DNA of 64,000 nt from Vitrella brassicaformis CCMP3155 (Eukaryota; Protista; Chromerida), in the NCBI GenBank assembly GCA_001179505.1, contig CDMY01000091.1, positions 124,001 through 188,000 of the forward strand, read 5' to 3'. A program made the translations under genes and the position numbers. Below, piece by piece: positions 13,360-24,700 of this stretch. The number at the start of each line of letters is the position of its first letter. Position 1 is the first letter of the stretch. Below the pieces are notes generated by a model, which was not told the DNA's origin, did no database searches, and saw only the letters and a list, made by a program, of their open reading frames with translations.

Positions 13360-14163
13360 ATGGACACAAGTAGCGACGGCCCGGCCGCCTCTGCTGCAGG
13401 TCAGCACCGTACACGCCTGATGGACAGCCCCTTGTGTGCGTCATGCCCTGTGTGTCCTGACGACGTGCTGCAGCTGGGCAAGGTGGCGGTGGGAGCTCTT
13501 CTCGTGATCTTTTGCAGCAGATACATTCGGTGGGCGGAGAGAGAGCTCCAGACACGCAGCAGGGATGACGTCACTGTGTTGTTGGTTCTGGCTCACAGGT
13601 TGCCTTGCAGCTTGCCTGTGATGCTGGGCGGGCAGATCACGTCATAGCCTTACAAACCGACAGCACCACGCAGGTCCGCACGAAAGACCACATAGCCGAG
13701 CAGCAGCACTCAGTTGATCTTAATGCCCCTGTCGGTGCAGGCTGGTGTGTCGCTGGCTGACAGTCTGGCAGCCATTCGGAACGCTCTCACCGACGCCCAC
13801 TCGGCCCTCACCAAAAAGTTGGCGGTAAGAGTGGGATGACCGCTGGGAATGAATGGCTCACACTGGCCGCTCAACCTCCTTTACGTGTGTCCATGTCAGC
13901 GCGTTGGCGGCAAGGGTTTCCGTTGGTGTTGCAATGTCAACTACAGCGGGGTGGGCGGTGCTGTGACGTCGAATAAGACCGTCACCAAACCACACCGATC
14001 CATGGCGGTACGCACACACAGACATGCAATGCACTACCAGCTCATGGTGATGGCATCTTTGCTGCTTGTGTGGTGTGGTTTGATGTCCATCCAGGTGCCT
14101 GGTCGTGACGAGGGCAAACGTAGATGTGTAGCTATCGAAGCGGCTGATGCTGCCGCTGCTGGA
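13360..14163 (+). CDS. Possible exons of an unidentified gene, or 5' exons of the downstream gene
   Basis: AG/GT-bounded segments read AGVSLADSLAAIRNALTDAHSALTKKLA and RVGGKGFRWCCNVNYSG; no family recognised. Confidence 0.3.
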
Positions 14164-14263
14164 GGTACACCAACCACACACGCATACACACACTGATAGA
14201 TCGACCGCATCTTGATGGCCCTGTTGTCTTGTGTTGTCTTGTGTGGTGCTTTCAGGTGAGGCG

Positions 14264-16397
14264 ATGGATGTGGGCGGTGCTGCAGCAGCGACACAGCAGC
14301 AGAGCACCGAGCCAACGGTGACACACGAGAGATATGACCATCTCTGCACGCACTTTCGACGTGTAATGCTTAATTGTGTGTGTCAGAAGGAGTACGGCGA
14401 TCCGTGTCTGTCGGGTCTGCCCATGGACGTGTTTGCCTACATGGGCTCCTTCGTCACCACCAAGACGGCAATACGTCTGTCCAAAGTCGACAAGGAGATC
14501 CGCACGATGGCCACCGACGAAACGTCCGGTATGTTCCGCAACTTTAGCGTGACGTTGGACGAGGAGGATAGCTACAGAAGGATGCGGGACGTGAACCAGC
14601 AGATGAGGCGCATGGTGAGAGGGAGAGGTGACGTGGGCACATGGGTGACACACACATGCTTTGACGCGACCCGTCGTGTGTGTGTGTGTGCATTCCAAGG
14701 TCAAGACTGCGTCTGTGCGGGCATCGGACGCGATGCCGCGTTTCGTGTTGTCGAAGTGTGTGGAGGCATGCACGACGACACTCGAGAAGCTCACGCTGGA
14801 CATCGCCGACTATCCACAGGAGCTTCGCGCTTCTACCCGCGACGTGGTGGTGTTCCCCAAAGTGACATGCCTCCACATCCACAACGGAAGCACCATCGAA
14901 CACATCAGGTGTGTCCAAAGGCAAGTGGAGGCGACCGATGCATCCACTCATCCCTATGATCGACATGTCATGTGTGTTTATCTGCAGGAGGCGTCGGTGG
15001 GTCTTTCCAGCCCTCACCACCCTCCGACTGAGTGTGCGCTTCTTCGAGTTTGACAGCGTGCTAGTCCCATCCTTCGAGTCCATCCTCACCACATCGCCCA
15101 TGATCGAGCGGCTGGAGGGCGACCGCATCGAAGTCGACGACGGCCAGTGGGCCTTCTTCACCGCCGCCCTGGGTCGCTGCCCCAACCTCATCACCATCAC
15201 CGGCCTGAAGATCGACATCCCCAGCCACTTCGGCTGCCTTAATCAGCTCAAAGCCGCCCTCAGCAAGCAATGGAGCAGCACACCAGAGAAAATGGGCACG
15301 CAAGAAACCCACGAGCACCCGCATCTTTACGCTCTCATACGCAACATACTCATATCCTCTGTGTCCCTGCTGGACTACAGATTTGCGCAAGAAGCTGGGC
15401 TTTGTCGTGGTCAACGCGTCGATCGGTGGTGACTACGGCCAGCAGGGGGCTCCCGACTTAGAGGCCTTCCGTAGGTGGGCAGCCACCGTCAATTGCAAGC
15501 TCGATTGGCGGCCAGCCGGCAGGCCGCTGCTCGTCGAGTGCAGCAGCGGCGCTGCCACTGCCCTCCCTGCACCAGACGGCCTCTACGGACAGATCGCCAC
15601 GCGGCTGGCGGCCAATGCGACCAATGTAAGGAACGGTACAGACAAGAAAAGCGAGAGGGCAACATGTATTCGCGTATCGGTGTGGGTGAATGTAGGTCAA
15701 GTTGGGGCTCGGCAACACCCCGCTGCACAAGTCGTGGCGTGACGAGCTGATTTTCACCAAGGCCAAGACGCTCATCGTCGACTTCAAGGCGACCGCGAGT
15801 GCCTCACCTGTGGCCCACATCATCCCCGAGTGGCTGGCCGAGAGGAAGGGAGAGAGGAGCGGCCCCTTTCCCGCTGTCGAGGCTGACTCGCTGTCCTTGG
15901 CTGACATGCGTGCCGCCCGCAGCAAACACACGCCGTTTTTGGGCGGGCTGAGGTCGCTGAAGAGTGTCACCTTCAGCTCTCTGTCTAGCCTCACTGTCGC
16001 ATACGAGTTTCTCTGCCACCTGTCCGTAGACCAGCTAGATAAGGTAGAGATCGAGGAGGGCGAAGACCCCCTCGTGTGCGACAGGCCGGCGGACATCCCT
16101 GCCATACGGGGCGTCGGCTGCCCTCACATATACCGCCTGGTTTGTGGTGGCTTGTCCTCTAAGGCAGGCGTGACTGACTCCATTAAGCTAGCCCTAGTTC
16201 TGCGACCGGCACATGTCGAGTTGGAGGCATGGTTGGATGAGAATGAGCTGGAGGGAGAAAGTGAGGATGATCGGCTAGACGACCTCCACTCGTTTGCGGA
16301 TGAGTGCGCCGAGCAGGCCGCACCACACTACACTGTCAAGGAGAGGGAGTGTAATGAATACTCAGCTTCCCTTACGCTCAAATTGGCAGCCAAGTGA
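14264..16397 (+). CDS. F-box-like protein with degenerate LRR-like repeats (lineage-expanded type), multi-exon
   Basis: N-terminal LSGLPMDVFAYMGSFVTTKTAIRLSKVDK fits the F-box pattern. It is followed by LRR-like strands (LEKLTL, FPKVTCLHI, FPALTTLRL, CPNLITITGL, LRSLKSVTF). Confidence 0.6.
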
Positions 16398-16496
16398 GAG
16401 TGGCGGGGAGGCGGCCGGGCAGGGAGGGAGGGAGGGAGGGAGGGAAGACAGACTCTTGTACATACAGGTCGGCTGACTCTGTCTCACTCGCTCTTG

Positions 16497-16527
<31 letters not shown>

Positions 16528-17063
16528 ATCCCATGGCGCCTGCCATGTACTCACTGGTGTGATGGTGGGTCGGTCGAGGGAGGGCGGGCAGAGCGTCGTG
16601 GGCATGGGTAGCTGGAGTGTATCGATGTGTTCGCCTTAGCATGTCGATGGACTCTGGAAGGCTGACTGACTGTGCACTGTGCGGCGTGCTGGATGTGTCT
16701 GGCGAGAGAGAATTATCCCCTTGCATACCGCTGTTATGAAAGTCCGTCACACCCACACCCACAACACATTCACACACAAGCAGGCAGTCTGCCAACACCA
16801 ACCCCCACGCGATGCCCACTCTGATCACATCCATCGCTGCCTGTCATCTGCGGCCCTGGCCAGAAAGAGGCAGACAGAGAAACAGACAGGAATGCTGTCG
16901 TAACTCTCTCTGTCCGTCTGGTGAGGAAATTTGCGGCAGAGGGCATGCGCATGCAGAGGGGGCATGCGCATGTAGCCCCCAGTCTCTGCGTCACGACTCA
17001 CGAGCGGCAGCCCCGTGAGTGTCGAGTCCCCCTCTCGCACCTGCCTCTCTCTCACCCACCAGG

Positions 17064-18986
17064 ATGACAAGCCCCGCCGTCCTCACGATCTTCAAAGATC
17101 CGGAGAAGCAAGAGGTTGAGAAGCAGCTCTCCCTCACCAAAATCAAAGACAGTGGTTTCTCCCACATCTTTCGCGGCCAATACACCAAGGAGAACTGCCA
17201 AACACTCGACGCCGCCTTCAAAGTTGTGCTGAAGGAGAGCAGCAACCAGATGTCAGCCCTTATCGCCGAAAACAAGTGCCTGATAGCGGCCGCCAAAACG
17301 CTGCGGGAGGCAGAAACAGCCGGCACGCTCTCCGCCGATGAGTGGCCGTTTGTGAAGTCGGTTTGCTTCCGTGGCGGCAGGAAGCCTGCCAGCATCACAA
17401 CCACCAACGGGGAAGGGCAGCAGGAGACACATGATTGTCTCGTCCTCGTACTGCCATGGTTGCAGAGTAAGACATAGCGGAAAAATCCGTCATTCACGTC
17501 TCAACTGTCACTGATCGGTGTGTCTTATTTCAACGTGTGTTTTGCAGTCGGCGGCGATGGATTGGATGGCACGTATGTGGACATCTACAACTTGGTCGCC
17601 CGCTTCAATTTTGGCGCGATATACCGCCGCCACCGGCCTCCCCTCCCAGCCACTGACATCGCAGCGATCAAGAAAGACATGATTATCGGGTTGCGAGGCG
17701 TATACCACTTTGGGCTTGCCCATTTGCGTGCCGCAACTGCGATGAAAAGGCTGGGAATCGACAACTTCACCAACGACGTCGAGATCAAGTGCGACGCGCT
17801 GCTGCAGGGGCTTGAAGGGCAAGAAGCCGGCAGCACGGCCTCTCCACAACCGCCGTCGCCTCTGCCCTCTCCCCTCCCCGCCATCCTCCCATGCAGCGGC
17901 GCCACCTTCCTGGATGTGGGGAGCATGATGCCAGGCGACGGTGACGAAGAGGGCGTCACTGTGAGGCTGCCACTGGAGTACGAGGAGCAGCTCAAGAGTC
18001 TGAAGATACCTGCTTTTGCCTACAACTGCATTGTGCCAGAGATGGCGGTGGTGTTCATGAGCGGGTGCATCGAGGACACGACGGGCGAGATATGGCAGGA
18101 GATGCTGGGCCTCAACCCAGCAGGGAGGGAGAGCGAGAAGGAGGAGATCGAGCAGCTCAAGAGGCTGTATTGGACAGCGGTGGAAAAGTTGGCGGGGCGA
18201 GGTGTTGTCGAGCTGGAGGAGGGACAGCCGAAGGCGATTTATCTGCGAGACACGGCGGTGACCTTTGCGCTTGGCCAGATGCTGCGGCATCTTGTGTCTG
18301 GGGACCCATATGAGGACATCTATGTCGAGCGCATGAGGGAGGAGTGGGAGAAGAAGAAAGAGGAAAGCGCGTCCGCTGGCGAGGACATGACAGTGGCCTA
18401 CTCATTCAAGAAGGTCAGAGAGGAGGTCAAGGGCGCCCTGAACTTCGAAAACCGGCGACAATTCCTCTTCGACAGCGACAACGGCACAGCCACCCCCAAA
18501 TCTCTGCCATGGATGATACCGCCTCTTGCTCTGCGATCCGAAACTGACCTGACCTTCGCTCGCCCAATTGGGCAAGATCTAGGTCAACTTGCCTACGAGG
18601 CATTGGACGCCGAGCCATGGAAGCGCCCATCATTGGAGGCGTCAGTCAGGCGGATCGGCAATGTGCTGGAAAAAGCCATTGGGGCTGAAGGGGCAGAGAA
18701 GCGGGAAGAAGAGGAGGTCTCAGCACTACCAGCCCCAACAGCCGACAAGGGCAGCCCCACGGCAGATGCTGACACACCTTGCCAGTACCAGAAAGGACCA
18801 CCTTCCGAATCTCGGCACACAAGCAGATGGCGGGGCCTCTGGAAGTGGAATCCTTTTCGTGCAAAGAGTGAAGAGCAGATGAAGTATACGATCAGTGAAG
18901 AGGATGGCTGGACAGTGGTGGAGGAGTTCAAGAGCGAGTTGAAGGAGTGGGAGATTGTGAACTTTGCTCTTGGGAGGGATTTTTGA
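17064..18986 (+). CDS. Divergent protein-kinase-fold protein, probably a pseudokinase; two exons (intron 17468-17547)
   Basis: Kinase subdomains in order: DSGFSHIFRG, AAFKVV, AENKCL, LVLVLPWL, TNDVEIKCDALL, FLDVGS, CIVPEM, DTAVTFALGQML, ALDAEPWKRPSL. The intron joins the two ORFs in frame. Confidence 0.7.
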
Positions 18987-20576
18987 GGTGGTGGAGTGGT
19001 GGAGTCGTTTGGATTGTCTGTCGTGTATTGTGAGAGGAGAATTCTTTGCTTGGTCTTGCCGCAGTGGCATTCAGGGGCCGCCTGCTGCATCATCCGCTGA
19101 TGCAGCGCGTGAACTCTGAATGGTCACTTGCGGCGGCTGGCTGGCTGGCCTTCCGACGGGCGCATTGGTGACACACTCGGTCATTGCGTGAACGGCGGAA
19201 AGGTCAGTCAGGCGGCGAGACATGGGCTACAGGCAGACAGATGGAGGAGGGAGGGAGGGAGGGAGGAAGGGAGGCAGTGGCTGTAGTGTGGGTGTGTGAG
19301 GGTGGATAGTTGGACGCGGAAGGCGGAGGGTCGCCGCATGGAGTCGTGCTGCCAGTGTCCTTCCACGGGGCGCTTTGTCGCATCACTTGTTGTTGTGACG
19401 AGTGAACTTGGATGGGCATCGTGGCGGCTGGCTGCCTGGCCTTTCGATGGGCGCTTGTGTGATATGCAACTATCGCCGAGTGAACTTGAGATGTGCCAGT
19501 CAGTCAGCTGGATGTTCAGGAGAGACACAGACGGTTATGGTAAGACAAAAAGACTGACACGACGTCGGATGACCTATTGTGATGACACCACACGCACGCA
19601 TTCTAAGCCACTTGCAGGCAGCTGCTGCTGACTGGTACGAACACCAGTTGGCCATTCAGCCACCGAAAGATAGAGGGAGTCGATTTGACATGCCTGCTCT
19701 CCCCGTTCGTCAACTTGACGCGTCTCTGCCAGCAAGAAGTCGTCTGGTCGATGAGATGTACTTCTACCTGTCTTCCCGCTTCCCCTCTCTTCGTTCCTGG
19801 ATCCCAATTAATGATGGCAGCAACGTCTCTCTCTTGGCGTGTCTGCACCACCCTGCACCCAGAGGATGGTGCCATGGATGAATCTGACATGCCTCCTCAC
19901 TCTTGTGCTTGAGAGAGTGTGTCGGTCAGAAAACTGCTGTTGCGTCATGATCAAGATTCAATCATTAAATGCGGCCACAAGTCCATGATTGGGTTCGCAA
20001 GAGAAGGTGACGTGCATCTATCGCTCAGATGACAAGACAACAAGGCAGTCATGTGTCACGACATATCGTAGCTATGGCAGAGAGCTCCAAAACACTACAG
20101 ACAGACAGTCAGCACGCCAATGTCAAGTCTCCTTTCCTTCCGCTGTGTGAGTTTCTGTCTGTCTGTCTGTCTGTCTGTCTGCACACAGCTCGCTTGCCGT
20201 ATATAACATGTCCATGTACAAATACAAATACAAATACAAATACACACACCTACCTTCCCCCGCCCTCGCCCTCGCCTGTCGACTCTCCTGTGTGGTTGCT
20301 GTGCCCGTGTGTGTGTGTCCATACTGACGTTCTGGCTACGGGTGTGCTCTCGTGCGTGCGTGTGTGTGTGAGGGGGTGGGCGTACGTTGCCTTTAGTGTC
20401 TATCATGATGTCTTTTGGTTGTGTTTGGACAAAAATGATGATTGGAAAAGGACATAACAGAATAAGGCAGGAAAATATGTACACACGGACGACACAGAAG
20501 CCGTCAGTCCGTTCGTCTGTGTCGCCCTCCCCTCTGTCTCTCCTCCCTCTCCATCTGCTTGCTCGCCCATCTTCCC

Positions 20577-21649
20577 TCACTCGTTCTCGTCTGTGTTTTC
20601 GCCCTCCTCGTCCTCGCCGATCAGGCCCATGACGTCGACGGGCTTGTCCTTCTTGAAAGGTTTCTTCTCACCCGAGGGCGGGGGTGCGGAGGGAGCGCCG
20701 GGCATCAGGGTGATGCTGAAGTCGGGTGTGTCAGCCGTCACCGTGAGGCTCTTGATGCTCCAGCCGCCCTCGTTGGTCTCCTTGATGAGGTGCGCCACGC
20801 TCGCCGAGAGCTCAGCCTTCCAGCCGTCCTTGGTTTTCGTCGCCAGCACGGTGGCCGTGGTGGTAGTGGTGTCGATGGTGGTGCTGGTGTTGGTGTGCGG
20901 GAAGAGGCAGCCCTCCTTGAAGATGTCCAGCGCCACACCACCGTCGTCCAGCCACTGGAGGTTGCTGAGCACACACGCACGCACTCCCACATACGCCTCC
21001 ATGCGTCGCCCCACCAATGCATGCAGTTTTGCATTACCTGCCGAGCTCCATGTGACCGAAGGCGCACTTGACGTCCAGGCTGCCGGTGTCGGTGCCCGCC
21101 TTGGTCAGCAGTTCCTCGACGTGCTTGAGGGCCAGCATGTTGTCGTGCATGCACACTTGGAGCTGCTCCTGTTTGTCGCCGAGTGCCAGCAGCAGCTCCT
21201 TGGGCTCACAGTTCACGTCAGCAATGAGTATGTCGCCAGCCTCGATGCCATCCTTGAGCGAGATGCTGCCCATCTGCACCACTTGCAGCGCATTGTGGAT
21301 GTCGTGAGGAGGGCCAAAGGCCACCACACACAGGCTCTTGGAGCTGAGGGCAGCGTGGACGTAGCGCATGCCGCTGACGAATGTGCTGGTGTCCGCCGGC
21401 AGCAGTGACGGCTGCGTGAGTGGTGTGGCGCTCGCTGGGCTTGGCGGCTGCCGCAAAATGCGTCAAGCAGCTCCCGGAAGGAGGGCGAGGACGCGCGTTG
21501 CTGACTGACGCGTTCAGGAACTCGCGGACAAAACGGGAGATCTGTGGCAGGATGCTTCGACGTATGTTGATGCTTCGTCCCCAATTCTCGACGGATAGAT
21601 GTCGATCTGTCACTTTATAGAGCACGATGCCGACTGATACAGGACGCAT
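20577..21649 (-). CDS. Hypothetical protein, multi-exon
   Basis: Three long coding-like minus-strand ORF segments with a Thr run and an acidic C-terminus; no family recognised. Confidence 0.5.
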
Positions 21650-21710
21650 GTGTCAAGACGAGCTGAAAAGTGGATGATGTTGGTGATGTCGGTGCGGCAG
21701 TAGCGTAGCC

Positions 21711-24700
21711 ATGAGTGGGCGAGGGCGAGGGCGGGCCCGCGGGGGAGGCCAGAATGATGCCGCAGAGCCGCGGCGGTCCCGTCGCTTCACCAACCCCATC
21801 AAGAACACCCCAATCAACACCACCATCCGCTTCAGGCAGCTGCCGCAACACAAACTGGACGAACTGGAGCAGCTTGAGCAGGGCACCTCGCTGTCGACAG
21901 AGGAGGAGGAGGAATTCGAGGAGCTCAAGGCCCTGTGGGCCAAGGGGAGGTGGAGCTCCGCCGAAGGGAGTGATGGTTCGGCACCACACACACACACACA
22001 CTCTCTCTCTCTCTGTGTGCATGTATCGGTGCGTGTCTGTTGCTTGGTCAGGGAAGGCGATTCTCGACATGAAAGGCTGCTAGAAAATCAAAGTGAGCAC
22101 ACCATCTCTCTCCTTTAGCTCTCTTCTATCATGTGTGTCATGCAGGCCGAGTATCGGTTCTGCATGAGGAATGAGTACCCACGCTGCGCCCTCCTCCTGC
22201 TGCGACGGCTCAAGTGAGCGCCCCTCTGCTTCTTCACCCACTCGCCACCGCACACACGACACACGAACACCTGTCGTTGTCTGCTCCCTGCGGTTGATGT
22301 TTTCAGCGAGCACCTTATTATGAACACGCCCCTCCGGGTCTGCTCGACGAAAAGCGTAAGGCTGCTGCACAGGCTGCTGCACTGGAGCTACAAGAGGATG
22401 GCCTCCAGATCGACGATGCCGGCCCAGCATCGGCCATCGCCGACGTCATCGATGTCGATTCGCTGATCAACGACTGGCTATGTGAGGTGAATGTCTGGAA
22501 GGTGCCCAAGCCAGAGGGCGGGCAGCCGCGGGCGGAGGGGGCTGGCGATGTGGTCAAGAAGGAGCCGACAGAGGGAGAGGAACACGGGGAGAGGCTGCCT
22601 GGCGCTGAGGATGGCTACGATGGGGCGAATGGAGAGGTAGGGGGGACACACAGGCAGGGTGCGTGGATCTGATGAGTGTCTGTTTATTGTGTGTGTGTAG
22701 TTGGGTGACTTGATGGGCGAAGATGCCGTGATGGAGGACAATGAGGAGGAGCAAGTAGCTGATGAGCTCATGGTGAGCGACGCAATGACAACAGAGACAA
22801 CACACACATGAGGTTTGAAACTCCCTCGCTGTTCTCATCTCAGGCGGATGCGGATGGGTCTCCCGGCGAGCAAGGCCACGATGAGGACACTGACCAGCAA
22901 GTAAGATGGACAATGCACCATGCGGATGTGTCAATATACCCACGTACTTCTATGTGTGTCAATATCAGGATGGCGCGTTTGTAGCTGATGACGGTCCTGC
23001 TGCTGCTGTGGACCGAGTGCCGCAGAACGGGGTACACACACAGGCAGGCACACAGATGGTTGAGCACCCACCGGACGGACATCCCTCTCTCCCTCTCCCT
23101 ATATGTGCTCTAGTGTCAGGCTAGTGCTGCCGCTGCTGGCGAAGCGCCCGATTCGCCGGTAGATGTGGACATCGTGCCCACCGTTGCCAAGCAAGAGACC
23201 GACGCACACATGGTGACCCCCCATACATGAGTACAATATGTACCCCACAGACGCACATATGCCTCTCTGCGTGCGTGTCACCCATCAGCCACCTGCCGGT
23301 GAGGAGTCGACCGTCCACGTGTTGGCCACGATGCGATCCGACCTCATCAGCCACCCCTCCAGGCACCCACACCTTCCGAGGGTCAAGACCGAGGCGGACG
23401 GCACCACCACACCCATCCCGTCTCTCGCAGAGTGCCACAGAATCGCCAAGGACATCTACCAGCAGCAGATGGCGGGCAAAGCGTTCAAGGCGCTTAAGTG
23501 GCGGGTGGCGCGTGAGATACAGAGGTGCCTGCTGAGCGCCGAGAAGTACGGCTTTCACGCTTGGCGTTGGGCGAGGTGGTGCGAGCGGGCGGTGCCTGGC
23601 TCTGGGGAGGTGCCGGACTGGTGCCAGCTGGATGTGTTTCGCCAGGTGGGTGGGTGTCCCTCTCACACACACAGACACATTAATGCTGCAATCCTTGTGT
23701 GTGTGTGTATGTGTGTGTGGTGTGTGCAGGTTGAGGTGCGGCTCCCGGGCGGTGACACTGAGGTGTGGCAGATGAACGGGGCGGAGCGGGTGTACATGCA
23801 CAGCCAGGGAGGCGTGGAGGAGCTCATCGACATCACAACCACACAGGACCAAGTGAGACCACACACCGCTCCGCTCCGTGCACCATCTGTGTCATGGGTG
23901 GGGTGTTGTGTGTATTGCTCAGGCCGACGCGCCAGTGCACATCAAAGAAGAGCCTCACAACGAGGGCGAAGAGGATGAGCACAACGACGCCCTTGACGAG
24001 GGCGAGAATGACGTACGTCAGAGTGGCAGAGTGGCTGTGTGCATCTCTCTCATTGTCTTGTGAATGTGTGTGCGCAGGGTGGCGCGGGTAGTGATCAAGT
24101 GCCCGACAATACGCCCCCTCCTCCAGACACCATGCCACCTGCCGACCAAGGTAAGCCGCACATACGCCCCACCGCAGAAGCACAGAAACATGCATCTGTC
24201 TGTCTGTCTGTCTGCGTGCGTGTGTGTGGGTCTTTCAGGTGCCCCTGCCTCCCCTGTGCGCCGCCCAGCTGCCCCTCGTCCGGTGATCAAGCTCATCACC
24301 ATGGAGGAGTGGCAGACGACGCACCGCCAGGCCATCTACAAGACGTTCGTCGACTTCTGTCGCTCCAAAGGTGAGTGACGGCAGCAGATACACACGAGCA
24401 TGTGCTTATCTATGGCCGGCCGTGTGTGTATGTCCAGTGTCATCGTCGAGCAACGCCCAGGGCGCCTACAAGGTGGCCAAGTACAATGACCCCGGCATCT
24501 GGCGCATCGAGCCACGAGAGCTCAGGCCTGGAATGGCCCACCCACACGTTATCAAGGTCACCTTCGCACTCAACGAGACCGCGACCATCTCCACCGACTG
24601 GCTGAAGAAGCGCGCTGCCGAGCCGAGCTTCGAGCGGCTCTTCCGCACGTCCTTTGATCGATGGTTCCGTCTCCACAAGGCGGTCATACTGCGTCAGTTG

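Noticed and set aside
20593-21408. 271-aa plus-strand ORF
   Set aside because: Antisense shadow of the minus-strand coding exons.
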